A stretch of 64,000 bases of DNA from Octopus bimaculoides (lineage: Eukaryota): NCBI RefSeq assembly GCF_001194135.2, contig NC_068987.1, positions 51,256,206-51,320,205 on the forward strand, in the 5' to 3' direction. A model generated the notes under the pieces. The model was given only the letters and a program-made list of their open reading frames with translations, was not told the origin of the DNA and did no database searches. This document shows positions 36,191 to 49,409 of this stretch, piece by piece (the stretch's first letter is position 1; every line of letters begins with the position of its first letter). A program made the position numbers and the translations under genes.

Positions 36191-36838
36191 AGAGATGCAG
36201 TGGTTAAATAAATGTACCGCCTCTAATAATCAGTGGGTTTTTTTATGGTTATATACTCCTCATGTAATATATATATATATATANNNNNNNNNNNNNNNNN
36301 NNNNNNNNNNNNNNNNNNNNNNNNNNNNNNNNNNNNNNNNNNNNNNNNNNNNNNNNNNNNNNNNNNNNNNNNNNNNNNNNNNNNNNNNNNNNNNNNNNNN
36401 NNNNNNNNNNNNNNNNNNNNNNNNNNNNNNNNNNNNNNNNNNNNNNNNNNNNNNNNNNNNNNNNNNNNNNNNNNNNNNNNNNNNNNNNNNNNNNNNNNNN
36501 NNNNNNNNNNNNNNNNNNNNNNNNNNNNNNNNNNNNNNNNNNNNNNNNNNNNNNNNNNNNNNNNNNNNNNNNNNNNNNNNNNNNNNNNNNNNNNNNNNNN
36601 NNNNNNNNNNNNNNNNNNNNNNNNNNNNNNNNNNNNNNNNNNNNNNNNNNNNNNNNNNNNNNNNNNNNNNNNNNNNNNNNNNNNNNNNNNNNNNNNNNNN
36701 NNNNNNNNNNNNNNNNNNNNNNNNNNNNNNNNNNNNNNNNNNNNNNNNNNNNNNNNNNNNNNNNNNNNNNNNTATATATATATATGTTGTTGTACTTGGG
36801 GATGGTCATATTGCCAGTTTAGCCAATAAGAACACACG

Positions 36839-36877
<39 letters not shown>

Positions 36878-36912
36878 TGTGCGTATGTATGTGTAAGCGT
36901 ATATATATATAT

Positions 36913-36944
36913 AAGCGTGGATGTGTGGTAAGAAGCTAGCTTCC
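36913..36944 (+). mobile_element. SINE family 1 head, truncated at gcttcc
   Basis: aagcgtggatgtgtggtaagaagctagcttcc, then ggtt. Confidence 0.75.
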
Positions 36945-37930
36945 GGTTTGTTGACTGTTCCAACGGTTTCTTTGTGTGAAACGCGTGTTTTGGCTGTCTT
37001 GCAGCGGTAGTGTTTGACGTCTTCCCTATTGTTTGATGAAGGAACGCCGTAGATGTGTAATGGAATACGAAGGTTTGAGTTCTGCTTCTTCAGACTTTAT
37101 GTCGTCTGAAGAAGAGTTGGTTAAATGTTTGAAGAGAATAGGCGAAGCAATGGAGATAAAGAATTCTACAGAGGCGGCGTAAGTAAAGAGCGACGACCTG
37201 TGTCTGGAGGAATAGAGGAAATTTAAAGAAATGCTTAAAATGGAGGGGAACGAAGTGAAAGTGCCCCCACCCCACCCACAAAGAAGGGAAAGCAAGAAGA
37301 AAAAAACAATTTACAGGACGTACTCAGTAGCCACCAAGAAAATTGAAGTCATGTTGACCGCTGAAGTTGGATAGGCACTTAAACCAATCTGGCAAAGGAT
37401 TTCCTACCTTGACAGAGGAAGAAAGTTTGGAACAGTGGTCGCAGTTCTGGGAGATAGCTACCGCCAGGCTGCACTCAGCAACACCACTAAAAGCAGACGA
37501 AGTGGTGCTGCTACCTGTATACCTTCCAGAGTTAGGGTAGAAGACATACCCCTAGAAGTGGATGTAGCCTGGCTGGTGGCTGCCATACTGCTAAGCATGG
37601 AGGAAAGGGTAGTGGTCCTTCAGGCCACCAGAACACCCCACAAGAACTGGTAAGGGCAGTTCTTAGACATGACAGTAGAGATGGGACCGGAAGACATTGA
37701 AAATATGGTCGAGACCATCGCGGTCGGAGAGGTAACACACAGATTTAGAGTAGAAGTAAAGATCCAGCGGTGCTATAAATATGGTCTGAAAGGCCACATT
37801 AGAACGGACTGTCCTCCACCACCCATGAAGGATAAAGAGAAACACGAGAGCGAGAAGGAAATAGCGACTTCACCGACGAAAACCAGCACCAGCTTCGAGG
37901 AGGAGAAAGTGAACGAGGAAAGAAACTGTT
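36945..37930 (+). mobile_element. Tx1/L1-like ORF1 element, copy C (same subfamily as B), 3'-truncated
   Basis: TIYRTYSVATKKIEV..PLKADEVVLLPVYL..RVEDIPLEVDVAWLVAAIL..RCYKYGLKGHIRTDCP. Confidence 0.75.
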
Positions 37931-38230
37931 AAATGTTAATTATTTAGATGTTAATTTTAGTTTAATAACAGGTAAATCCCAACCATTCCATAAAATTAAT
38001 GAAAACATTAGATATATGAATGCTAATAGTAATCATACGCCCTCAATTAAGAAATCGTTAACATATAATATAGGTAAGAGAATATCGTTACTTTCTTCTA
38101 ATTTTGAGATTTTCCAAAAACACGCACCTTATTACCATGAAGCCCTTCGTGAGGCGGGATGTAGTAATAATATTAAATTTTTTAACAATTCGAAATATAA
38201 TTATGATATCAAAGATTAAAATATTATTAA
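37930..38230 (+). mobile_element. Penelope-like element RT C-terminal (thumb) fragment
   Basis: VNYLDVNF..PFHK..YMNANSNHTPSIKK..RISLLSS..YHEALREAG matches the FLDV..SNHP..RLS..ALxxSG pattern. Confidence 0.8.
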
Positions 38231-38975
38231 TACATTTATTTTCTATAATGATTAACATGACATTAAGAATTATAAGGTTTGCTTAGGTAATAATGGTAAG
38301 AATAATACGTATTATGATAATAAAAAAACACAAACATAATTATAATGGACAAAATAATAACATTGAATTAATTCGTTTAATGATAATAATAAATTTTATA
38401 ATATAAATAATAAATATAATAATAGATAGAGAGGTGAGTTCTTAATTTTTGTATACGATTGCCACAATCCATCACTAAGGTAAACATAGCTGACGTACTC
38501 CATCACCAAGCCCAACTTAATGACAAAAAGCGCAACTCGAAAGTAACTTATTTATTGGTGCTTTGGACAATATTTCGGCATCCAGACAGACGATACAAAG
38601 AAAACAAGGACGAGTCATTCGAAATTTTCTTTCCTCAGTCGAGTTCCAGATTATCTTTGCAATTTCGGCTGGTTATACTCGAGATTGCTCCAATCTAGCC
38701 AGCTCAAAGAAAAACTAAGCTAAGAGCATTAGATTCCTTGGAAGAAAGCAGCGGATGTATACGAAAACAAGGACAGAAAAAAAGGGAGAAATGTAACACA
38801 AATTCAAATGCAAATAACAGCACATAACAATAGGTGCCTTTCGAATAAGAACGAATTAAATTAAGCTGGCGTGTGTGGAAGTAAAGCCTTACGGCAGGGA
38901 CATAAAATTTAACAGACTCAGGGAAGAACATACATGTTGCACGGATGGTAGGNNNNNNNNNNNNNNNNNNNNNNN

Positions 38976-39002
<27 letters not shown>

Positions 39003-39006
<4 letters not shown>

Positions 39007-39285
39007 CGTGGTTGTGCGATAAGGAGCTTGCTTCCCAATCACATAGTCCCGGATTTAGTACCTCTGTGTGGCACCTTGGGCAAGTCTCTTCTACTATAGT
39101 CTCGGGGCGACTAAAGCGTTGTGCGTGGATTTGTTAGACAGAAACCGAAAGAAACCCGTCAAAATATACCGACAGAATAAAGTACCAAGCTTTAAAATGT
39201 ATTGGGGCTGATTCTTCAACCAAAACCCTTCATGGCGACGCCGCACCTTGGCCGCAGTCCAGTGATTGAAATAAATAACAGAGAG
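39003..39285 (+). mobile_element. SINE family 1 with uninterrupted head
   Basis: aagcgtggttgtgcgataaggagcttgcttcccaatcacatag..ggcaccttgggcaag; serves as the empty-site reference. Confidence 0.8.
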
Positions 39286-40099
39286 GTGATATTTAAAATC
39301 ATATAGAGTAACATGACTGAATAATCCAAGATATGTTATTCACTGATCAACCAGAGTTCTCCATATTCTATCGTTCTGTATGGCATTCATAAGAGGAAAA
39401 ACAAATACAAAACTAACTTCATGATTACAGTCTGAAGAAAATCTCCTGCTATTAAGTTGATTTAACATAACAGTGCTGCCTCAACTCATGAACAAAGCTT
39501 CGTAGCCGTTCACACATCGTAGACATTCAGACATCGTAGACACATTCATTTTATTTTCACCTCATTATTATCCTGTTTAGTGAGTATATAATATAGAAAA
39601 ATTACTTCCATATCTCCGCTTTGTGAAAGTATATGGATGTCTATGAATATTTAAAAGCCATTAATCTGTAATATAAGCATGTATCACAATGTACAACACA
39701 CCTAATTAACAACATTTAATTTCTCAATGTCGTAGTTTATTTCATACACATGACTACTATTTGCCAACAATATATGTATAAACAATTATACAAGGTTTGT
39801 TTTGCCAAAATATTCGGTTAGGTTATATTATGCATAGATGTATACTAGAGAAATGTGATCTTCTTTCACTGACTCCTTGGCAATGCAGCATAGTTACTGA
39901 AACATTCTTAGTGTAGCAGTATTGGCATTACGATTTAGATTTTCTTCTGTATAACTGGTGCGTATTTGTAAATCTGTAGTGAGGTGTACGGACGCATGAA
40001 ATTGTCACTGAATTTTCCAAAGTCGTTTTCTTTTCTGATCATCTTTCAATCTTTCATGATTACGCAAACATGCGCGCGCACACACAGATATACATATAC

Positions 40100-40147
<48 letters not shown>

Positions 40148-40479
40148 TAATATCCAAACTTCGAAACCATGCGATCTCGTCTTCTATCACACATCGTGGC
40201 TACTTGGTGAAGTGTCTTTCCGATAAAATCGAGTTCACAACAAGATTGTGAGTGAAAATTATAACTCGGAATCTGTATACATACCTATCGGCTTGAGTTG
40301 TCTATTAAGCCTTTGGACAATCTGTGTCACGCTAATTCTGCGTATTATGCTACGGCACTGTTATATGTGTACATGAATGTATGTGTGTGTAAGTGTTTGT
40401 GCACACTCTCAAACAGTGAACGGTATTGAATCGAGAAAGTAGTTGCTTCTGTAGCACACTTAGATGCTCATACGTTAAA

Positions 40480-41040
40480 ACCGCTGATTACGTCATATTT
40501 GTGTGGAAGACATTACACATGTGAGAAGCAGCCTGCCAAAAATCTCTTCCAGAAGCTACCTCTCAATGCGACCTGACGTCATCGCAAAACAATATACAGT
40601 GCTATTCCGATAAAAGACTCTCCTGGAATAAATATAGAGAATCTCCTTGTTATTGAATATATACACAAATATCAACACAAGGAATACAAGTAGAACATCC
40701 TCATCAAAACATCTGTGAAGTGTAGAGACAACAGGCTGGATATTATTGTTTGGGACTGACAAGAAAAGGTACGTACTCTCATGCAGGTTAGCTCTATAGC
40801 TGATGTGAATTTCTCTTTGGAAATCAAAGTGAAAGAGGATAGCTAAGGACTACAGCTGCGAAACCTTTAGCTTCTACATACAGATTATAAATTCACATAA
40901 TTATTGGTGCACTTGGTTTTGTGAATAAATGCTTAAGTGAGAATCTGAGTACGCCAGTGTTTTCGGGAAAGGAATCAACCAAAAAACACACATTACCATC
41001 ACAATCTTTAAATGGAACAGTACAAATATGCAAGACCTTT
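40480..41040 (+). mobile_element. R4/Dong-like LINE 3' fragment
   Basis: VEDITHV..PKISSRSYLSMRPDVIAK..DNRLDIIVWD..ADVN..IIGALG..GTVQICKTF; same family as 27038-27950. Confidence 0.75.
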
Positions 41041-41170
41041 TTTGTTATATACATTCCAACGATGTGTATGTTTCTTAGAAGTCATCTCCTTTATCAGTGA
41101 AAGAATTTATATAATTAAGAATAGAAGAGAACATACATATATACATGCATGCGTACAAACGTACATACAC

Positions 41171-41221
<51 letters not shown>

Positions 41222-41675
41222 TAGACACACACACACACACACACACACAGATATATACATGTGCGTGTGTACTAATTTAATTTGGTATGAACCCGAGATT
41301 TAACCCTCTTAAGCTCATCCACCGGTATTGACCATCAGACACAGACAGTAATATTTGATAAGACTCTATACATATGTGTGTGTATGTGTGTGTAAATGCA
41401 TGTATTATGTGAAGCAACCAACACTTAGTTTTCGCTGATGTAGAGAAGGGAAATTTCTCGAAGTTGAAGAATTACTGGGCTTGATGGCAAACGGTAATAT
41501 TACTGGTGCTAAACGTTTTAATGCATGGAGCACAAATAAGATTTAAAACATTACGACAATGTAAAGAAGTGTTTTCTCCAAGAATTATAATAATATATAT
41601 TGGTAAAAACTGATACGGTCCACTTGATTAAAGCTCACTACTAAGAGACCATTTAACAATCACTGTTATAGTAAT

Positions 41676-42648
41676 TTGTTCGAACATTGGATAAGCGTCG
41701 ACATAGTGAGAGCATAGGAAAATTTAAAGTCCCCTTGTGCAGCAGAAAGTGAAAATGAGATGCTAAAGAAGGTTGAAATGATTTGATAATTTATTGCATT
41801 CATTCCCCATATTTGATGCAATCTACTTCGGAATGTGCTTTATATAAAGGTGATTGAATCTATGGTCGTTGATGAAGTTCTGACAATCAAACATGCTAAA
41901 TATATCTATATATGTATATATATATATATATATNNNNNNNNNNNNNNNNNNNNNNNNNNNNNNNNNNNNNNNNNNNNNNNNNNNNNNNNNNNNNNNNNNN
42001 NNNNNNNNNNNNNNNNNNNNNNNNNNNNNNNNNNNNNNNNNNNNNNNNNNNNNNNNNNNNNNNNNNNNNNNNNNNNNNNNNNNNNNNNNNNNNNNNNNNN
42101 NNNNNNNNNNNNNNNNNNNNNNNNNNNNNNNNNNNNNNNNNNNNNNNNNNNNNNNNNNNNNNNNNNNNNNNNNNNNNNNNNNNNNNNNNTGATTGTCTGA
42201 ACTTCATCAACGACCATAGATTCAATCACCTCTATATAAAGCACATTCCGAAGTAGATGGCATCAAATATGGGGAATGAATGCAATAAATTATCAAACCA
42301 TTTCAACCCTCTTTAGCATCTCATTTTCACTTTCTTATTTCTTCATTGCCCAGAAGGGGCTAAATATAGAGGGGACAAACAAGGACAGACAAAGGGATTA
42401 ATTCGATCACATCGACCCCAGTGCGTAACTAGTACTTAATTTGTCGACCCCGAAAGGATGAAAGGCAAAGTTGACCTCGGAGGGATTTGAACTCAGAACG
42501 TAACGGCAGACGAAATACCGATAAGTATTTCACCCGATGTTCTAACGATTCTGCCAGCTCGCCGCTCATTTTCACTTTCTGCTGCACGAAGGAACTTTAA
42601 AGTTTCCTATGCTTTCACTATGTCGACGCTTATCCAATGTTCGAACAA
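41676..42648. repeat. Long inverted repeat spanning a gap; right arm interrupted by a SINE
   Basis: Left arm 41676-41889 is the reverse complement of 42190-42335 joined to 42581-42648. Confidence 0.85.
42336..42565 (-). mobile_element. Nin/Deu-domain SINE (family 2), full length with TSD
   Basis: Minus strand gcggcgagctggcagaatcgttag..gagttcaaatcc..gcctttcatcctttcggggtcga. Flanking direct repeat ctcattttcactttct at 42320-42335 and 42565-42580. Confidence 0.9.
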
Positions 42649-44899
42649 GAAAAAGAAGCATTGAACCTCCACTAATTAATTATGTATTTGAGGTCAGAAT
42701 TTATTGTACTATGAATGTAATGTGACCGTGAACGTATTTATGTGAACAAGGTTATATGACACTATGCAGCGTATCAGGTAACATTGTTCCTTTAAGGGTG
42801 TCGGTACGTTTCTTCAATTAACATCATGGTATATGTGATCAATGTATATTAGTGAATATAATTCGCATTCAAGGACTTTACTGGTATGCCTATTCAAAGA
42901 TAAAGAACAAAAAGAATACAATAGTAATCTGCATGGCAGTGTTTTATCTAAGAAAACAAACAATTCTATATATTACAAAACATATTTTCTACCTTTCGAT
43001 TCATGCTACCTACATGCAGTAAATATAGTTATTTCTAAATGTTGATAAGGAGCAGCCAAATAAAAAGAACTTAAATGAATATTTAAAGGGGTATTCACAC
43101 ACACATACACTCACATATATATATGTATATATGTTATCACATGCGTGTTTATGTATGGATAAATATGTATGTGTGTGCATATACATATCTGGTATAATGC
43201 ACCATTTGCATCTGTAACAGCTACTAATATTCCACAGAAATTATTTGCTGCACTTAATAGATATTTCCTACCTTTAATATTTGAAGTACGGGAAAGTATT
43301 TAATCGCCGTAGAGTAAAATGTTGCTATTTCGCCACCAGAATATTTGCTGAAATTAGTCGAAAGGTAAGCTACTATGTATGGCCATGAACTCTCCGGAAA
43401 ACCCTATATATATATATATATATATATACGTGCATATGTGTGTAATGGGAAGGATAACATTAAACATACGTTTATATTCTTCTTAATGTTTAAAGCCCTG
43501 GACATAGTTATCTGTAACGTACTACAATTGAGTTTTCTCTAAGGAACTATTGTAGTTGATCATCTATATGTGTTTGGAATATCTATTGCAAGTTTCTAAA
43601 CATCCGCAATAGTGAAAAGTGCATAGGAACTTTAATACTGACTTCTGTATATTCTAATATTCCTACGTTTGCTTTGTAGGTTATAACTAGAAATACTACT
43701 CAGTATACAATTTACCTAACAACTGTACAAAATGCAGAATGGACCTCTATACATAACAGTAGCAGTCACAGATCTACTTGTACACACAATTCCTACTTAT
43801 ATATATACTATAACTTATATATATAAATATATATTATACGATATAATACATCGTGGTGTATATATATATATATATATATATNNNNNNNNNNNNNNNNNNN
43901 NNNNNNNNNNNNNNNNNNNNNNNNNNNNNNNNNNNNNNNNNNNNNNNNNNNNNNNNNNNNNNNNNNNNNNNNNNNNNNNNNNNNNNNNNNNNNNNNNNNN
44001 NNNNNNNNNNNNNNNNNNNNNNNNNNNNNNNNNNNNNNNNNNNNNNNNNNNNNNNNNNNNNNNNNNNNNNNNNNNNNNNNNNNNNNNNNNNNNNNNNNNN
44101 NNNNNNNNNNNNNNNNNNNNNNNNNNNNNNNNNNNNNNNNNNNNNNNNNNNNNNNNNNNNNNNNNNNNNNNNNNNNNNNNNNNNNNNNNNNNNNNNNNNN
44201 NNNNNNNNNNNNNNNNNNNNNNNNNNNNNNNNNNNNNNNNNNNNNNNNNNNNNNNNNNNNNNNNNNNNNNNNNNNNNNNNNNNNNNNNNNNNNNNNNNNN
44301 NNNNNNNNNNNNNNNNNNNNNNNNNNNNNNNNNNNNNNNNNNNNNNNNATAAATGCATATATCCATGTATATATAATATATAAATCTACACAACACCAAC
44401 GTAGTCGTATTTTAACAATGTCGTTTTTATATTCTTTCTATTTTTCTAGAGAAGTACTTTTATGTTTGTACAACATTCAGCAGGTGAATATTTATAGAGT
44501 AACATTTATATTCAGATAAATATTTACATAACAACATTATACAGACAGAGATGTAAATGAATATTCCCATTTAAATAGTAACAGTGTCTGGAACGAAATG
44601 GTAGCAGTAGGTGGTGAAAGAGAGATGAAGTCTACAATTTTGGGAGATAATATTATTTCAAATTAAAGCAAATTTAAAAGAGCATTACTGTCCATTTCAG
44701 CATCAGTAACACTGATTCCTTTTGCTATTCTCTTAAGCTCAAATGCGTAATAAACTAGACATACTACGGATAGATGTACTATTGTAGTATGGTTCTAGAT
44801 GAGTACTTAACGGGATCCGCCTGGCATGAGGAATCTGTGACCAAAAACATCCTGGATCCAATAACACCGTTTACAACTCAATGCTTGGAATGACCAATT

Positions 44900-45190
44900 T
44901 TAAATACTACTGGAAGTTACACACAGGGTACAGGATACTTATATGCATACTCTTCTGCTTAAATAATGGAACTGCAGATGCAATATCCCTGCATATCTCA
45001 CGTCTGTTTTCATTCCTCCACCTCACTCTCTATTTCATATCTTTTCTAGAATAACTATTGCTTAATCATTTTCTCGCACCGTCTCCGATGAAGGGTTATA
45101 TAAAATATCCCGGAAGCAGCTTTAAAATCTCTTTATAAATGTTCTGAAATCTTTCACAGCCTTGTATTTTTATCTCATTCTGTTAATGTT
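44900..45190 (+). mobile_element. Penelope-like terminal-repeat family copy with hammerhead-like motif
   Basis: 45081-45128: gtct ccgatga a ggg..ccc g gaag cagctt ta. Upstream sequence loosely similar to 29480-29600. Confidence 0.4.
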
Positions 45191-45399
45191 GTANNNNNNN
45201 NNNNNNNNNNNNNNNNNNNNNNNNNNNNNNNNNNNNNNNNNNNNNNNNNNNNNNNNNNNNNNNNNNNNNNNNNNNNNNNNNNNNNNNNNNNNNNNNNNNN
45301 NNNNNNNNNNNNNNNNNNNNNNNNNNNNNNNNNNNNNNATATATATATATATAGGTGAGTTTCCAAAGACATTTTATCCGGGCGGATACCGTATTAGCT

Positions 45400-46500
45400 C
45401 TTAATTAAGATTCAGTCAATAGAAAACCAACAATTCCGTATTTAGGAGTTTGACTACAAATTGTTGCTAGACATTCCGTGCATTCTTTCGAGGGATTATT
45501 CCGTGCACACTTCGCTGGACGGTACAAATTGTCTGGCGTATATATTATCATTAATAATATTAGGGAGACTTGATAGTATGGAGACTTGCACATCCATAAA
45601 ATTTATTTTATAGTTATATACAACGTATTATAATGACCTACCCTTGTTTCCGCTGCAGCGACTTCTCACTGTTGCAAATGTAACTTTGCATCATTGTAGG
45701 TGCACATTCATCAGGGTCCGGCAGTTTGGTTATCCTCGATGTGAACTGATGGAAATAAATATTTGTTAGTTAGTGTTCTGTAGTAGGTGGCGGATGTGGG
45801 GTTATATATAAGTATGCGCTGCTGGCCTCAAATTCAGACGATTCGGGAATTTGATTCAGTATGTTAGATTTGTGACATGCGATTTATACTTGAAATTGTA
45901 AATATTTTTTCGCGGGCTTTGGGGTGATATGGTTACAACATGTGGATATCTATATAACGGTTCGGCAAAAGAGACCGATAGAATAAGTACTAGGCTTCCA
46001 AAGAATAAGTCCTGGGGTCGATTTGCTCGACTAAAGGCGGTGCTCCAGCATGGCCGCGGTCAAATAACTGAAACAAGTAAAAGAGTGAAGAGTAAAGAGT
46101 ATATATGTACGACAGAAATAGTAATCTCACTTGGTGTGAAGTTATCGCTGGTGTTTAGAAAAATACTAGTATTTGTCAAAAAATATGTTTAAGTTTTTCG
46201 GTTGTTGTTTGCATTGAAGAAGCGTTGGATTGGTAATTGAACACTTTCATTTATCACTTTCTTTGATAACAGCCAAATTTGTTTGGGGAGATTAAAAATA
46301 TTATGGCTATGTGGATTATGGGTAACTACAAAATGTACAGTTTTGTGTTCCATCGGTTGTCACAAGTCGTTTTATAGATTTTCGCGTTGTAGAACCTCTA
46401 CCAGTTTGTCTAGGTAGTGGTGGATATTTAACTTGAGTAGTAATCTTTTGATCTCTGCAAGTTGCTTTTCTTTCATAAATACAACATCAACCTGAAAAAA
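45400..46500 (-). mobile_element. Penelope-like element remnant (RT-EN linker and GIY-YIG), split by a SINE
   Basis: Minus strand FVVTHNPHSHNIFN and a KRQPKNLK-like block at ~46170-46340; YIRQT (YIGQT-like) at 45530-45544. Confidence 0.55.
45958..46088 (+). mobile_element. SINE family 1, 5'-truncated, apparently young
   Basis: cggttcggcaaaagagaccgatagaataagtactaggc..ggcggtgctccagcatggccgcggtcaaataactgaaacaagtaaaagag. Confidence 0.85.
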
Positions 46501-46589
46501 CATATCATGCTAAACATTATCTGATGTTACGTTTGGTAAGTGCTGAATGACAACATTTAATGGACAAGTACTGATGAGAATCTAATCTG

Positions 46590-46640
<51 letters not shown>

Positions 46641-46964
46641 CATCTACCCANNNNNNNNNNNNNNNNNNNNNNNNNNNNNNNNNNNNNNNNNNNNNNNNNN
46701 NNNNNNNNNNNNNNNNNNNNNNNNNNNNNNNNNNNNNNNNNNNNNNNNNNNNNNNNNNNNNNNNNNNNNNNNNNNNNNNNNNNNNNNNNNNNNNNNNNNN
46801 NNNNNNNNNNNNNNNNNNNNNNNNNNNNNNNNNNNNNNNNNNNNNNNNNNNNNNNNNNNNNNNNNNNNNNNNNNNNNNNNNNNNNNNNNNNNNNNNNNNN
46901 NNNNNNNNNNNCATCCATGCATCCATCTATCCATCCATCCATCCATCCATCCATCCATCCATCC

Positions 46965-47025
<61 letters not shown>

Positions 47026-47699
47026 CCTATCTATCTATCTATCTATACATACATACATACATACATACGTGATATTTGTATATACATACGTATACACCCA
47101 CCCACTCACTCCACATATGTATTAGGAGAGCGTGAGAGAAATATCCGATTAAACTATTTTAGATAAAATATATAGATCCGCAAAAGGAGAAGATAGTCAT
47201 TCATATACACCGTCAATCCATTGTAATTTTTGACATTATAGTTGGATGTTTTGGAATAATGTTATACTGACGATGTTGGGCCAATGAAACAAATTTCCCA
47301 GAAATTCTAGTCACAGTGTGAAAAGTCGAACCATTATAACATATTAACGCAAAGATAAAAGAAAGTGTGAAACAATTTTGGAACTTGTAATAATAAAATT
47401 GTTGAGAATGCGGTAATTTATTAAGACAATTCCATTACAGTCTTCTAAAAGAAAGGCAAAGAAACGTATTTAAACATACACTACATGTCGCAGAGTACTG
47501 AACGTTCTCCAATTATCTTAATATTGAAGTCATCATCACAAAAAAGAACTTCTGTCATATTAGAAATAACTTCCAAATCGCCCTCATATTTTTCTGTGAA
47601 ATCTTAATATAATTAAGATATTTGGATCATTAATAATGTACTTCTGATTAGTGTACAGTTTGTCTTTGACCAGTGCCTTGTTTATTGCAGATTAGCATG

Positions 47700-48030
47700 A
47701 TCTCAGGTAAATTTAATGAGGTGATTAGCAAGAATGTTTTGGTTTGGTGTCCTCTTCCTTTTTCAGGCAATCAGGATCTGAGAAAAGACCAGAATACTTT
47801 TCTGTCAGATGTAAAATCATGCAAAGGTTTTGACACTCTCCAACATGGAAATACATTAAAATACGGAAAATATAGGGAAACCAGTGTGATACAATTATAA
47901 ACACACGGCATGCACTTTTCTTAACACAAAAAAAAAATGACCTGAGGAAATAAAGTCTATAAATACTTAAAATACACAGCATGCAACCTGAAAAATGCAA
48001 CAGACTAGCAACAATGTTACAGACCTTGTA
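47700..48030 (+). mobile_element. Possible Penelope GIY-YIG remnant
   Basis: KSCK..KYGKYRETS resembles CxxC..YIGET; heavily decayed. Confidence 0.3.
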
Positions 48031-48592
48031 CACATAAAGGAATTAGCAAATTAAGCAATAGTTACTCTAGTCGCAGAAATATCTTCTTCGGCTGATGACA
48101 GATAAGAAAAGAATAAAATTCGTCACTAACGACCCTGTATTACAAAATTGTAATCTCCCTCGAAATATTTTTATATACGACTTTCTGGTGCCAAGACAAA
48201 ATACTGATTTTGGCATACGCACTTTTAATTTTACTGTAGAATTAAATTTTTATATTCTCACATTTAACCTATATTATGCATTTTATTGATTTCCCTGCAG
48301 ACATTTGTGTAAGCTCTGTACACTAAGTTACTTTTGAATAGTTTTGATTATTTTTATCATTTGATTTCAGTCATAGGTTCATATAGCTGTCTCTCATTTA
48401 TGTAGGTGAGGACATAGTTAATGATTGGAACAGTAAACAACTAAAATATATTTACATATGCGGTACAGAGCAAATATCAATTATATAGAAATATAAGGGC
48501 TTATAACGTTTACAAACACAAGTAAACTCTCTTTTTCATTTTCTCCCTCTCTATTTGAATAATACATAAAAATTCTCCACTGAAGTATAGTC

Positions 48593-48875
<283 letters not shown>

Positions 48876-48904
48876 TCTATTCTACTATAGACATAAGACA
48901 TGAA

Positions 48905-49310
48905 ACTCTGAGGGAGTGGATAGTAGATAACATCGGTTACAGTATTTTACTGCTACTTTAATTAATCGACTCCGAATGGATGAAATGTAAAATTGACCTC
49001 GGCCTGATTTGAACTCAGAATGAAAACAGTCATGAAAATATTCTACGATTTATTTATTTCGATGATCTAACAATTTTCCACGTCCATCATTTTCACAATA
49101 ACGTTTACAAATTTTGGCACAAGCCAGCAATTTTAGTGGTGAGGTATAGTCGATAGTTTAGACCCCAATGTTCAATTGTTACTTATTTTATTGACTCCGA
49201 GATTACGAAATACGAAGTTGACCTCGGTAGAATTTGAAATTAAAACGTAAAGAACCGAAACAAAAGCTGCGGAATATTTTGTCTGATGCTAACTAGTCTG
49301 CCATCTCGAT
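48905..49310 (-). mobile_element. Two tandem diverged SINE family 2 copies
   Basis: gacctcgg..atttgaa motif occurs at ~48995 and ~49220, each with the surrounding Nin-type core. Confidence 0.65.
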
Positions 49311-49409
49311 TTCTTTTATTTAGGGACATGGCCTTTATAAAGAGGGTCACCACAAGGACAGACAAAGCAAGACATTGGGGTACACATAAAACACATATCG
49401 AATGCACTA

